Of a stretch of DNA of 64,000 nt, positions 18,074 to 28,616 are shown in pieces. How positions within the stretch are numbered: the stretch's first letter is position 1; each line of letters starts with the position of its first letter. The stretch comes from Escherichia phage RB16, in the sequence record NC_014467.1, one strand, 5' to 3'. The position numbers were made by a program, and so were the translations under genes. Below the pieces are notes generated by a model. The model was not told the DNA's origin and made no database searches. It was given only the letters and a program-made list of their open reading frames with translations.

Positions 18074-19065
18074 TGGCTCAACAAAACATCTACCGTGCGG
18101 TTGTAACAGGAAAATTCCGCACGGAAAACATGATGAACTTTCGTGATATGATCGGGGATGACCCCGATCACAACTCGATTTATATGTCAATAGGGAGAAC
18201 TGAACAATGGGCTGATAACGAATCAGATCCTGAATTCGCTCCCCCGTATCCAAACGATGATACAGATGGTATTGTTGATATGTGGACGCATATGATCGGG
18301 GCGACAAAAGTTCCTGGCGAAATGATTGATGCAATCGTTCCGCGTAAAGATTGGGGCGACACTCGCTATCCAAACCCTAAAATATTCTATGTGAATGATA
18401 TCGTGGTTGTCAACTCCGCACCTTACAACCGTACTGACTACGGGAAAGGATGGATGATTTACCGCGTTGTAGACGTTCCTGATATTGGTTCTTGTTCTAT
18501 TTCCAGTATCACAGGTAAAGTCGAATGTGTGCGCATTGGTGGTATCTGGACACCGACCCATGAATCTGTTGAACCTCCACGCGGAGAAGCAAACGGAATT
18601 GATATGGGCGACGGGTACAAGTGGGAATATCTTTATACGATCCCGCCTGATGTCGTTATCAACCGATGCACAAACGAACATATCGTTGTTCCGTTCCCTG
18701 ATGAACTGGAAGAAGATCCGGTACGCTGGGGTTATGACAACGTGATCAAATGGTATCCAGATATGTATGATCTGGTGTTCCGTATGAAAGTTCATTCAAT
18801 GCGATTCCGTGCGTATATGGATTCTCTATTTTTCCCACAAGCCTCGCTACCTGGCAACCGTGGATTCCGTCAAATCAGCGTGATTGTTAACCCGCTGTTG
18901 AAAAAGGCGCAACCAACAGACCCAGAAGTGAAAGCAACCGGACAATTCTATACAAAGGATCAATTCGAACTGGATTCTGGACAGATGATCTATATGGAAA
19001 ACAGACAACCGATTATTCGATCCCCAGATCAGACCGAAGAAGTCAGTATTATTTTCGAATTCTAA
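18073..19065 (+). CDS. 8: gp8 baseplate wedge subunit
   Basis: 330 aa, order and size. Confidence 0.85.
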   Translation: MAQQNIYRAVVTGKFRTENMMNFRDMIGDDPDHNSIYMSIGRTEQWADNESDPEFAPPYPNDDTDGIVDMWTHMIGATKVPGEMIDAIVPRKDWGDTRYPNPKIFYVNDIVVVNSAPYNRTDYGKGWMIYRVVDVPDIGSCSISSITGKVECVRIGGIWTPTHESVEPPRGEANGIDMGDGYKWEYLYTIPPDVVINRCTNEHIVVPFPDELEEDPVRWGYDNVIKWYPDMYDLVFRMKVHSMRFRAYMDSLFFPQASLPGNRGFRQISVIVNPLLKKAQPTDPEVKATGQFYTKDQFELDSGQMIYMENRQPIIRSPDQTEEVSIIFEF

Positions 19066-19075
19066 GGAAACCATA

Positions 19076-19939
19076 ATGGCATATCAAACAGGTAAAAAAT
19101 TAATTGACGTGGGGCAGATCGGCAACCCGTCAACTGGTGACCCGCTGTATGACGGCGGTGTTAAACTTAACGAAATCATCACCAACGTGTATAATGCGTT
19201 CGGTGATGTGCGTTTGCTGACTGCAAATGATGGTGTTGGTACAATGCTGCTTCATGCAACTGGATATTTCCAGAAGTTGCCAAGAACGTATTATTCAGCA
19301 AACCCGATCGAACTGGGTTCATTGCATGATATGGATACAGCAACAGGGCCAATTACGGTTGTTCTTCCGTCTGGTAAGGCTGGCGAAGGGTGCTATTTCA
19401 TAAATAGTAACGGTAGTATTTCTGTTGATCGTCCTGTTGTATTTCGTCCTCAAGTTGGCGATAACATCAAAGGGGTTCAGGATCAGCTTTATATCACTTC
19501 TCCTTACACCCAGATTAAATTATGGTGTGTGAAGAAAGAAGGTTCAGTAACCACATGGGATTATTCAGTCGAATCTATGTTCGGATCTAAAACAATGCCC
19601 GTGGATACTACCAAACTAATTTTGAAAGCATCACCGACCGCAATTCCTTTATTCGGTTACAGTGAATTCAGCGGGGCTAAGTTGCTCGTATATGCTGAAA
19701 ATATGACAGGTACAGTCAACAAAATGGCTGAACTTCTCCTGTCTGTGGATCGTATCGCAAGGGGCGTATATTCTACGGAATATGCTGTACTGAAAAATAG
19801 CGATGATGACATGTATTCACTTACTTTCACTGTCGGTGCTGGTGACATTGTATATGCAAACGTCCAATCGGTACTCGAAGATCGAATTAAGTTCTCGATT
19901 AAAGCGGTTGACACCATTAAATCAGGGATCGCAGCATGA
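19076..19939 (+). CDS. 9: gp9 baseplate wedge tail fibre connector
   Basis: 287 aa, order and size. Confidence 0.85.
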   Translation: MAYQTGKKLIDVGQIGNPSTGDPLYDGGVKLNEIITNVYNAFGDVRLLTANDGVGTMLLHATGYFQKLPRTYYSANPIELGSLHDMDTATGPITVVLPSGKAGEGCYFINSNGSISVDRPVVFRPQVGDNIKGVQDQLYITSPYTQIKLWCVKKEGSVTTWDYSVESMFGSKTMPVDTTKLILKASPTAIPLFGYSEFSGAKLLVYAENMTGTVNKMAELLLSVDRIARGVYSTEYAVLKNSDDDMYSLTFTVGAGDIVYANVQSVLEDRIKFSIKAVDTIKSGIAA

Positions 19940-21753
19940 AACAAGAAATTATTATTGGTAACGTGGTTGATGATGGCGCTGGCGATTACTTACGCCGTGG
20001 TGGTCAGAAAACAAACGCTAACTTTACCGAACTATACGAAAAGCTGGGTGATGGGGAGATCCCACACCCAGCGGGTGCATGGAAAACACATTCAGCACCG
20101 ACTCTGAACCCGATTTTCGGTGATTCATGGGCGCTGAATACCAGCAACAACCGTATTACTGTAAACCTCCCTAAAGGCGGCGTAGGCGATTATAACAAGG
20201 TTATTCGTCTGCGTGACGTATGGAGTAAATGGGCTGTAAACAACGTCCGTATTGTTCCTGCAACTGGTGATACCATCAAAGGATCACCAACTTACAAAGA
20301 ACTGTACAAAGATTTCATGGATGTTGAGTTAGTTTATTGTGCGCCTGGTCGTTGGGAATATGTCGAAAACAAACAGGTTGACAAAATCACAACTTCCGAT
20401 CTGGCTACTGTAGCAAAAGAAACATATATTGCTACACAAGGACAGACAGATTTCCCGAATGTGTTTGGCCCTGGTAACTCGTACAACGTCCGTGCTCTGG
20501 AAGTTTACTATCGTGGTAACTTGCTGTACATCGACGACAAAAACGGATTTGTTGAAGCAAACAGCGATTATGGTTCACCTGGTACAAACCCTGGAGAATT
20601 GATTGACCTTGATGGTACTAACATACGCCTTAAACGTCCGTGTAACGCTGGAGACACGCTTCAATTCGTAACCTATATGGATGGTATAGCGACATGGCGA
20701 TCGACGTATGAGGCGCATACTATGCGCGTATACAACACGGGTGATACTGAACTGGTAAGCGTACCTGGTGAAATCTGGGTTGGCAACCTTGCAACCAAAA
20801 AAGAATTTACCACTGCTGAATTCGGGATCAGTTCTCGTGTATTGATTAATCCGAACTCTTTCGAACTGCTGTTGAACGGTCGCCAACTTGTTAAAGCAGG
20901 TGACGCGGATCTTCCTACATTCGTGTGTGAAGGGGCAGAAGGTTATGATGAAGATAGCTGTTTAGCTAACTCCGGTGCGTGGGTTCCTTCTGGACAGGAC
21001 TACAGTTTGATCTTTGTTGATTCCATTGTAACAGGTATCAAATTCAGTCAACCTCTTGAAAGTCGCGATGTTGTTACGATCCGTTGGTTCAATAACGATA
21101 TCGGAACTGTAATGGAATGGGAAGGTGTTGGCGGTATTAAAGAGCATACCGATAAAATCTATCTGAACAACGAAGAAGAGTTAACCCTAGTTGGACGGAT
21201 TGAATATACCGACTATAACAACCCGTCGCAGAAAACGATGCGTAAAATTACGGAACCTTTCAGCGGTCGATTGCTGGATCTGCAAGCGTTTTTTGATGTG
21301 ATTCATCCGATCGGGACGATCTACGAAAACGCGCATAACGACGCAAACCCAGGCGAATACATGGGCTTCGGTATCTGGAAACGGTACGCAGAAGGTCAAT
21401 TTATCGCTGGTTGGACAACTGATGCAGCAGATAGCGATTTTGGTTTAAACAACAACGATTTGGATGGTTCTGGACAGCCTACACACACAGCAGGTGGTTC
21501 TGGTGGTGAACGTGGTTATGAAATTCATCCGATCAACGTTCCACAAATTGAATCAACCGATAAAGTTCTGATTAAGGACGACAACGGGATCATTATCATT
21601 GGTGGCTGTCAGGTTGACCCAGATGCAACAGGGCCAGGATACACTAAATACCGTGAGGATGTATTGAAAGTAAATCAGGGTAACACTACCCCAGATAAAC
21701 TTAAAACGCTCCCTCCGTATATTACTGCACATCGCTGGATAAGGGTAGCATAA
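19936..21753 (+). CDS. 10: gp10 baseplate wedge subunit and tail pin
   Basis: 605 aa, order and size. Confidence 0.85.
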   Translation: MKQEIIIGNVVDDGAGDYLRRGGQKTNANFTELYEKLGDGEIPHPAGAWKTHSAPTLNPIFGDSWALNTSNNRITVNLPKGGVGDYNKVIRLRDVWSKWAVNNVRIVPATGDTIKGSPTYKELYKDFMDVELVYCAPGRWEYVENKQVDKITTSDLATVAKETYIATQGQTDFPNVFGPGNSYNVRALEVYYRGNLLYIDDKNGFVEANSDYGSPGTNPGELIDLDGTNIRLKRPCNAGDTLQFVTYMDGIATWRSTYEAHTMRVYNTGDTELVSVPGEIWVGNLATKKEFTTAEFGISSRVLINPNSFELLLNGRQLVKAGDADLPTFVCEGAEGYDEDSCLANSGAWVPSGQDYSLIFVDSIVTGIKFSQPLESRDVVTIRWFNNDIGTVMEWEGVGGIKEHTDKIYLNNEEELTLVGRIEYTDYNNPSQKTMRKITEPFSGRLLDLQAFFDVIHPIGTIYENAHNDANPGEYMGFGIWKRYAEGQFIAGWTTDAADSDFGLNNNDLDGSGQPTHTAGGSGGERGYEIHPINVPQIESTDKVLIKDDNGIIIIGGCQVDPDATGPGYTKYREDVLKVNQGNTTPDKLKTLPPYITAHRWIRVA

Positions 21754-22415
21754 TGACACAATTTATTTCAAAGACAAGGGAGGGGGCGAAAGTCCCTTCC
21801 CGTGAAGCAGACTTTTTGCAATATGAAATGGGTACTAAAGACCCTCTTATCGGTGGTAAACGTACTATCGGTGGTGCAAACGTCGATCAGCTTCGTAAAG
21901 GGGTAGATTATCCCAACGTGCAATCAGCAATCGATGACCTGTATACTCTGTCTCAACAGATCCCGATCAACGGGGTTATCATGATGACAGAAGACAGTCC
22001 TCCGACCGCTGTTCAGCAGGTAGAGACTATAACTTTTGATGGTACTGTACAAAACACAGATCCAGACCAGACAAAAGCAACAATTCATGTTTATGGATTC
22101 CCGTTCGTGTTCGATAACACAACGAACGCATCAACCGTATGCGAAACAGTCTACAACAAGTTTACTGAATTTGTCAATGACGAAAAATATTTCGATCTGG
22201 TAACTCGCAAGGGCTTGAACGGTGAAATTCTGGAAGTTCGGTTTATTGATTGTGTTCCGCATCCGGTAACAAATACTACTGAAAACGGAATATCTATGGT
22301 AGGAACAATCGATGTACAGGCACGATCTGGTTACGGTACGTGGTCGAAACTGGGTGAGGTGGATCTTGCTGTAACTCCGGCAGTTCCAATTTTCTACTTT
22401 AAACGTATTGCGTAA
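21753..22415 (+). CDS. 11: gp11 baseplate wedge subunit and tail pin
   Basis: 220 aa, order and size. Confidence 0.85.
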   Translation: MTQFISKTREGAKVPSREADFLQYEMGTKDPLIGGKRTIGGANVDQLRKGVDYPNVQSAIDDLYTLSQQIPINGVIMMTEDSPPTAVQQVETITFDGTVQNTDPDQTKATIHVYGFPFVFDNTTNASTVCETVYNKFTEFVNDEKYFDLVTRKGLNGEILEVRFIDCVPHPVTNTTENGISMVGTIDVQARSGYGTWSKLGEVDLAVTPAVPIFYFKRIA

Positions 22416-22424
22416 GGATAACCA

Positions 22425-23816
22425 ATGAGTAACAACACAATTAACCACGTAAGCGATGCGTCCGTTTACGTGACTTTTGATCCGGCAGGTACGCAATGGC
22501 CCTCGACTTTCGTCAACGTACAGCAAGCATTAGCCTCTATAGGCCCGTGGGCGCGTACTGATGTTGGTTTGCCTAACGCGGCTCCTGGTATGCGTGGTAT
22601 TGCTGCTATTGCTACCGAGGCGATGATTGACGCAGGGACAGACAACGAAACGATCGTTACTCCTGCATTGCTGGCATATCGTTTACAAAATCCTCATGCG
22701 TCACAAACCGTTTGGGGATATACCAAATACGCAACTGATGCGGAAGCGGTTGATGTCGCAAACGATCTGGTTTCATTAACTCCGCGTTCGATCAATGTGG
22801 TTTTCAATACCAGACACGCATCAGAAACCGTGTGGGGTTCTTCTAAACTGTCAACGACAGCACAGGCAACAGCGGGTACTGATGATACAACCTCAATGAC
22901 ACCATTGAAGGTAAAACAAGCAATCTCTGCTCTGGTTCCGGTACAATCCAACGCAACAGAAAGCGCGTTCGGTTTGGTTCAGTTGGCTACGGTTTCAGAA
23001 GTCCGCGCGGGTACTATTCGCGACGGTTTCGCAATTTCACCGTATACGTTTATTCGTCTGAATGCAACAGAAAGCGATCTGGGTATTGTTCGCCTAGCAA
23101 GTCAGGCAGAAGTAAACGCAGGAACTGATGATACCAAAGCCGTTACCCCGTTAAAACTGGCTAACCTTAAAGGCTCCGGTGGTTCTTTCGGTTTGGTTAA
23201 ATTATCAACAGAAGTAAACGCAGGGCTGGCTAACACTGCTCTTTCTGCGGGTGCTAACGTAGTACCGAGCAACCGTGACAGCGCTATCACTGGTGGTGCA
23301 TTGTATCAGGGTTCAGTTGCTGCTGCTAATAAATACCAGACACATAGCGATATCGAAGCATCGTTACCGATTGGCTGTATGATGATGGCTGCATTTAACT
23401 CCGATTACGGAAACCTGTGTATTGCCAACGGTCGCGGGATGTATACATACGAATACCCAGAACTGTTTGCACGTATAGGCTATACGTATGGCGGTAGTGG
23501 TAACATCTTTAATCTTCCTGATATGCGCGGCGTAGTTGCTCGCGGATTTGATGCGGGACGTGGTTTAGACCCAGGTCGTGGATTTGGTACATACCAGCAT
23601 CACGAAGTACAGTCTCATGAGCATCCATTGCAGATGATCTATCAGTCTGGTGGTAACTTACCATCATGGCAGTGTGTTTATGAACTGCGTACTGCTGAGA
23701 AGAATGACCAGAAATTATACTGGCCTGATCCATCACTCAGTAAAGCAATGGCTGTAGGCGGTAACGAAACGCGAATGAAGAACCTTGCGGTCAACTATGT
23801 AATTCGAGTACGATAA
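22425..23816 (+). CDS. 12: gp12 short tail fibre protein
   Basis: 463 aa; repetitive SQTVWGYTKYATDAEA / SETVWGSSKLSTTAQA motifs; position before wac. Confidence 0.8.
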   Translation: MSNNTINHVSDASVYVTFDPAGTQWPSTFVNVQQALASIGPWARTDVGLPNAAPGMRGIAAIATEAMIDAGTDNETIVTPALLAYRLQNPHASQTVWGYTKYATDAEAVDVANDLVSLTPRSINVVFNTRHASETVWGSSKLSTTAQATAGTDDTTSMTPLKVKQAISALVPVQSNATESAFGLVQLATVSEVRAGTIRDGFAISPYTFIRLNATESDLGIVRLASQAEVNAGTDDTKAVTPLKLANLKGSGGSFGLVKLSTEVNAGLANTALSAGANVVPSNRDSAITGGALYQGSVAAANKYQTHSDIEASLPIGCMMMAAFNSDYGNLCIANGRGMYTYEYPELFARIGYTYGGSGNIFNLPDMRGVVARGFDAGRGLDPGRGFGTYQHHEVQSHEHPLQMIYQSGGNLPSWQCVYELRTAEKNDQKLYWPDPSLSKAMAVGGNETRMKNLAVNYVIRVR

Positions 23817-23828
23817 AGGGGTTAATCC

Positions 23829-26117
23829 ATGATTTCAAAACTTAACCCGTTACCAAAGATCCCGTTTGTTGATGGTGTCCCTTCGGACACCACACAAACC
23901 CCGATCAACTGGATAATTAACGGCGAAACTCTCGATGGTGCTAAAACCAAAGTCACTAACGAGGGTTCTTTAAACAGGTGCGGTGTTCTGGTACAAAAGA
24001 ACGCGGTGCAATTAGAAACCAACACCATTACACAGACTGCAAAAATCAACGAAGTTATCGATCAGGTTAACCTCATTAGTGAAAACCTCGCGGCTATTTC
24101 TGATGAAAGCGTGATTGACAAACTGGATCAGGTTGTTGCTGATGTAGAAGTGTTGAAAGTTGATATGACTGCGGTTCAAGGTTCTACTGCAAGCAATACC
24201 CTGAAAATCCAGGATCTCGATAAAGAGATCGGGACGTGGGACGCTTCAACAGATCCTAAACACCGTACCATTCGAAAAGATATTATTTTCCTGAAAGGGG
24301 AAATGGGTGCGTACCCTGGGTTTAACGAAAACGGCGACGTAGATCCGACATCAACGGGTTCCGGCATGAAATACAAAATCATGACGAACGCGCAAGCGAT
24401 TTCGATTCATGAAGGACGTATTACGCGCCTTGAAGATGATTGGGCTAACTCAGACGTAGGTCATTTAACTGATGAAGTAACCGATCTGCGTAACGAAATG
24501 GGGCCAAAACATTTAGCGACGTTTGAATCTGTATATGTTCGTCTAAACATTATCGGTACTGAGATCACTGGTATCAATTCCGAACTAACCAGCATCAACC
24601 AATATATCGGTCGTACTGGCACGGGTGGAACTGGTAGTATTTCTGCGCGTATGACTACAGCAGAATCGAATATCGCAACCCTGCAAACACAGATGAATGA
24701 TTCTGCTACTGGTGTATTACCTCGCGTAATTTCTTTGGAAAATGCTGTCGGTAACTCTCAGATCCCTGGTAGTATTCGTTACGACATCAGCGCAATCAAA
24801 CGTGACATCGGTGATATCAACATGATCGTCGGTGAATCAAGCGATGATGGTCTTCGTGGGGAAATGGCTCAGGTTATGACCGATATCGGTACTGATTCAC
24901 AGCCTACGAGCATCAAAGGCCGTTTGCTGAACGTTGAGAACACCCAACGTGACGATCACCAGAAACTGATTGACGTTGAATCTGTTGTTGGTAATACTTC
25001 AAGTGGACTCGTTGCGGCTAATATCGCGATGGGTAAAGCTGTTTACGGTGATGCAACGAGTTCTGATCCATTCCTGAAAGACGGTATTCAGAAAACAGCG
25101 CGTGACAGTAAAGCGGCTATCGGTGTAAACACAACCGGATCGGAAACAGGGATCTATAAACTGATTTCAGATTTGACTGCTCGTGTTGCTGCACTTGAAA
25201 GCGGTACTGGTGGCGAACTTGAACAACGTGTTTCTGATTTGGAAACCAATAAAGCATCGCATCAGGACGTTGCAAACGCATTGGTTCCGTATATTACCGA
25301 AGCGGAAGCAGATGTTAAGTACGAACCGAAGAAAATTCCGTTATCGTTTACGCAAAACCTTGTTAGGCGTGGCGATTATATCGAAGGTGATGACATTTCT
25401 TTCATGGTTACGGTAACAGGTGGTAAACTGCCTTATGTCTACCAGTGGAAGAAAGGAACCGCTGATGTAGGTACTAACGCATCGAGCATTCTGATCCAAA
25501 GCATTACCTCTGCCGACGCTGGCGTGTATAAAGTTGTTGTTACCGATGCAGACAACACCGTAATTACTTCTGACGAAGTGACGGTTGCTGTTTATCCGGT
25601 TCCTCAGTTTGATACTAACCTGGCTGACAAATCGGTGGTTGACGGTGATCCTCTGACTCTGGAAGTTGTATACAGCGGTGGTAAACCTCCGTACACTTAC
25701 GAATGGTTCAAAGATAACTCTGTTATCTCTGGGGAAACATCAGCAACATTTACCAAATCTGCTGTTACAAGCGCTGATGCTGGTGAATACTATGTTTCTG
25801 TAACTGACGCAATGAACAACCAAAACGATTCAGTGAAAGCAACCGTGACTGTAACACCTCGTCCGGCTCTTGCATTCACTACGGATCTGAGTGCTACTAA
25901 ATCATACAGCACAGGTGCTAACATGGATCTTGCTGTTGTCGTGACTGGTGGTAAAACACCATATACGTATAAATGGTTTAAAGACACTGCGGAAATTTCC
26001 GGTCAGACAGGCGCAAGCCTTACCACTGTAGCAGAAGATGGGGTGTATAAAGTCGAAGTGACGGATGCACTAACGACTAAAATAACATCAACTGAATGCA
26101 CGGTAACTGTGGCATAA
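23829..26117 (+). CDS. wac: fibritin (wac) with three C-terminal Ig-like repeats
   Basis: N-terminal LPKIPFVDGVPSD...NWIINGETLDGAKT and segmented coiled coil resemble T4 fibritin; no foldon-like C-terminus, instead three ~90-aa repeats (VTVTGGKLPYVYQWKKG..., VYSGGKPPYTYEWFKD..., VVTGGKTPYTYKWFKD...). Confidence 0.85.
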   Translation: MISKLNPLPKIPFVDGVPSDTTQTPINWIINGETLDGAKTKVTNEGSLNRCGVLVQKNAVQLETNTITQTAKINEVIDQVNLISENLAAISDESVIDKLDQVVADVEVLKVDMTAVQGSTASNTLKIQDLDKEIGTWDASTDPKHRTIRKDIIFLKGEMGAYPGFNENGDVDPTSTGSGMKYKIMTNAQAISIHEGRITRLEDDWANSDVGHLTDEVTDLRNEMGPKHLATFESVYVRLNIIGTEITGINSELTSINQYIGRTGTGGTGSISARMTTAESNIATLQTQMNDSATGVLPRVISLENAVGNSQIPGSIRYDISAIKRDIGDINMIVGESSDDGLRGEMAQVMTDIGTDSQPTSIKGRLLNVENTQRDDHQKLIDVESVVGNTSSGLVAANIAMGKAVYGDATSSDPFLKDGIQKTARDSKAAIGVNTTGSETGIYKLISDLTARVAALESGTGGELEQRVSDLETNKASHQDVANALVPYITEAEADVKYEPKKIPLSFTQNLVRRGDYIEGDDISFMVTVTGGKLPYVYQWKKGTADVGTNASSILIQSITSADAGVYKVVVTDADNTVITSDEVTVAVYPVPQFDTNLADKSVVDGDPLTLEVVYSGGKPPYTYEWFKDNSVISGETSATFTKSAVTSADAGEYYVSVTDAMNNQNDSVKATVTVTPRPALAFTTDLSATKSYSTGANMDLAVVVTGGKTPYTYKWFKDTAEISGQTGASLTTVAEDGVYKVEVTDALTTKITSTECTVTVA

Positions 26118-26121
26118 TTTA

Positions 26122-26147
26122 ACAAGGGGCGCAAGCCCCTTTTGAGG
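26122..26147 (+). terminator. rho-independent terminator after wac
   Basis: AAGGGGC-gcaa-GCCCCTTTT. Confidence 0.6.
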
Positions 26148-26152
26148 ATCAT

Positions 26153-27076
26153 ATGATTACGAACAATCCTGAACAATTGAAGGATGAAATTCTTCGTCGT
26201 CTGGGCGCACCAATCATCAAAATCGAAATCACACAAGACCAGATTTACGATTGCATTCAACGCGCACTGGATCTGTATGCGGAATATCACTACAACGGAA
26301 CAAACAAAAGTTACATTATCCTTACGTTAGGCGAAGACAACCCGCGAAACGTATTTGATTTGAGTAAAGAACATATTTTCGCGGTTACAAAAGTATTGCG
26401 TACAAATATCGGTTCATTGGTTTCTATGGACGGTACAGCGGTTTATCCGTGGTTTACTGATTTCCTGATGGGGCTTACTGGTGGTTCTCTGGGCGGTCGC
26501 TGTGCATCAAGCGTGTACGGTATGAATGCATATGGCGCGGATCTGGGGTATTTTACACAGATGATGTCATATCAACGTTCAATGCAAGAGTTGCTGGCTC
26601 CATTACCTGATTACTGGTACAACGACGACACTGGTCAGTTTTGTGTATGGGGTAAAGTCAACAACGGTGATATTATTGTCATTGAAGTGATGGTAAGATC
26701 CTTTGTCGATGTTCCTAGTGCCGTAGGAAGCGTTGCAGGATACGCTACAGCGGGTTCTAACGCAGTAGAAGACCAATCCATAGCCGACATCTACGATAAC
26801 CCGTATAACGCGGTTGTGGGCGGTGTACGAGCGGGACAGGGTACAACTGTTACTGGTGGAACCTCTGCATATAACAACCGTTGGGTAAAAGACTACTCAA
26901 CCGCGCTGGTAAAAGAAATCAACGGGCAAATTCTGGCTAAGTTTCAGGGTATGCAATTGCCTGGTGGTGTTGCTCCAGATGGAACACGACTGATTCAGGA
27001 AGCGGAAACCAAATTACAAGGATTGCGCGACGAACTGATTTCTATGTCTGACGCAGTTCCTATTATTATGGTGTAG
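26153..27076 (+). CDS. 13: gp13 neck protein
   Basis: 307 aa, order and size. Confidence 0.8.
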   Translation: MITNNPEQLKDEILRRLGAPIIKIEITQDQIYDCIQRALDLYAEYHYNGTNKSYIILTLGEDNPRNVFDLSKEHIFAVTKVLRTNIGSLVSMDGTAVYPWFTDFLMGLTGGSLGGRCASSVYGMNAYGADLGYFTQMMSYQRSMQELLAPLPDYWYNDDTGQFCVWGKVNNGDIIVIEVMVRSFVDVPSAVGSVAGYATAGSNAVEDQSIADIYDNPYNAVVGGVRAGQGTTVTGGTSAYNNRWVKDYSTALVKEINGQILAKFQGMQLPGGVAPDGTRLIQEAETKLQGLRDELISMSDAVPIIMV

Positions 27077-27084
27077 GGGGAATA

Positions 27085-27831
27085 ATGCAAAACTGGGATG
27101 AAAGTTTATTCGCTCAGTTGTCAACGGGGGAGGGAGTCGATCGCAACTTAAAGGATCAAGTCACTAACCCGTATGTAAACTGGTACAAATATAACCCAAC
27201 ACAACAGCTACATGATTCACTTACAGCAGAATCAATCCAGATGAAATCACCTGATATGTATTATGTCAGACGTGAATTTGTGAATATAGATAAAATTCTG
27301 GGTGAAGACCGAGAGTCTAAATTCACGAAATCGTGGAAGATCGCTGCATATATTGAATCATATGCTAACTATGAAGGACAGCGGGACTTCTTTAGAAAAT
27401 TCGGGTTGAGTTCTAACGACGAAATGACGCTGGTACTAAATCCGCGTTTATTTGCACATCAAACTGATGGTGGTATTCCGGTGCTGGGGGATTTGGTTTA
27501 TTTCCCAATGGATAACAGCTTGTTTGAAATTACATGGGTGGAAGCAGATCCGTTCTATCAGTTCGGTGATCGTCCTCAACGTAAAATCAACCTGGCTAAA
27601 TTCATCTACACGGGCGAAGAATTGGCTCCTGAATTGCAGCGAAACGAAGGAATCCATATCGAACCTGATGCAGAACTGGATCTTGAACCTATTCGAAATC
27701 TTGACGGGCTGGCAGATATTAACATTGAACAGTACGAAGAAGACAAAGAATTTGAAAGAGAAGGTGACGAGTTTATCGAATCTTTTGATGTTGTCAACGG
27801 TCGCGGTTCTCCGTTTGCAAGTCTACCATAA
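27085..27831 (+). CDS. 14: gp14 neck protein
   Basis: 248 aa, order and size. Confidence 0.8.
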   Translation: MQNWDESLFAQLSTGEGVDRNLKDQVTNPYVNWYKYNPTQQLHDSLTAESIQMKSPDMYYVRREFVNIDKILGEDRESKFTKSWKIAAYIESYANYEGQRDFFRKFGLSSNDEMTLVLNPRLFAHQTDGGIPVLGDLVYFPMDNSLFEITWVEADPFYQFGDRPQRKINLAKFIYTGEELAPELQRNEGIHIEPDAELDLEPIRNLDGLADINIEQYEEDKEFEREGDEFIESFDVVNGRGSPFASLP

Positions 27832-27888
27832 ATAAGTTAAATGGGTATAGGCGGAAGTCTATACCCTCTTCAAAGAGGGGTTTATGAT

Positions 27889-28614
27889 ATGGTTGCAAAA
27901 ATCTCTATAGAACAACGAGAACATCAATTAAAAGAACGTTGTGCGGAATTAGAACTATCTTTTGATGGATGGGTAGACCAATCAGCGATCACAAAATATT
28001 CAAAGTTTTATGTTGTTTGCAGTAAAGGACATAGAACAGAAAAACAGATCAAACCATTTGTCAACAAAAGTCGTCCAAACGGATGTTATTTGTGTTCTCC
28101 TAAGATGAAAATATCAAAGGAAAACAGAATCGAGGAAATCAAAACTCTTGCAGATTCAATTGGATATACATTCATAGATTTCGTTGGGGTGTATAAAGAT
28201 GCTCACACAAAAATATCAATGGTTTGCGATAAAGGCCATAATTGGGATGTAAGTATAGTTGCTTTTCTCAATCAAGGTCATCGCTGTAAAAAATGCGCAA
28301 CGTCTGGGTTCAATACGAACAAACCAGCATACGTATACGTACAATCACTATCTGGAAAATTTCTGAAATTTGGGATAACCAACAGAACACCAAAGAAAAG
28401 AATGTGTGCGCAATCAAATAAATCCGTTTATAAACACGAACTGGTTTATCAAAAATTATTCGATAAAGGTATTGATGCAATGAGTATTGAACAGAAGATC
28501 AAACAATCTCTTGTTTGTGGCGTAGTTGATAAATCAGATATGATGGATGGATATACAGAAACAACAGATATATCCAATTACGATAAACTGTTGAATATTA
28601 TAGAAGGAGTATAA
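27889..28614 (+). CDS. zinc-ribbon repeat protein with C-terminal GIY-YIG-like segment; putative free-standing endonuclease between genes 14 and 15
   Basis: Two CxKGH...CxxC modules; C-terminal PAYVYVQSLSGKFLKFGITNRTPKKR resembles a GIY-x10-YIG core; start at MVAKISIE with AGAGGGG SD (track ORF starts at 27841). Confidence 0.45.
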   Translation: MVAKISIEQREHQLKERCAELELSFDGWVDQSAITKYSKFYVVCSKGHRTEKQIKPFVNKSRPNGCYLCSPKMKISKENRIEEIKTLADSIGYTFIDFVGVYKDAHTKISMVCDKGHNWDVSIVAFLNQGHRCKKCATSGFNTNKPAYVYVQSLSGKFLKFGITNRTPKKRMCAQSNKSVYKHELVYQKLFDKGIDAMSIEQKIKQSLVCGVVDKSDMMDGYTETTDISNYDKLLNIIEGV

Positions 28615-28616
28615 AA

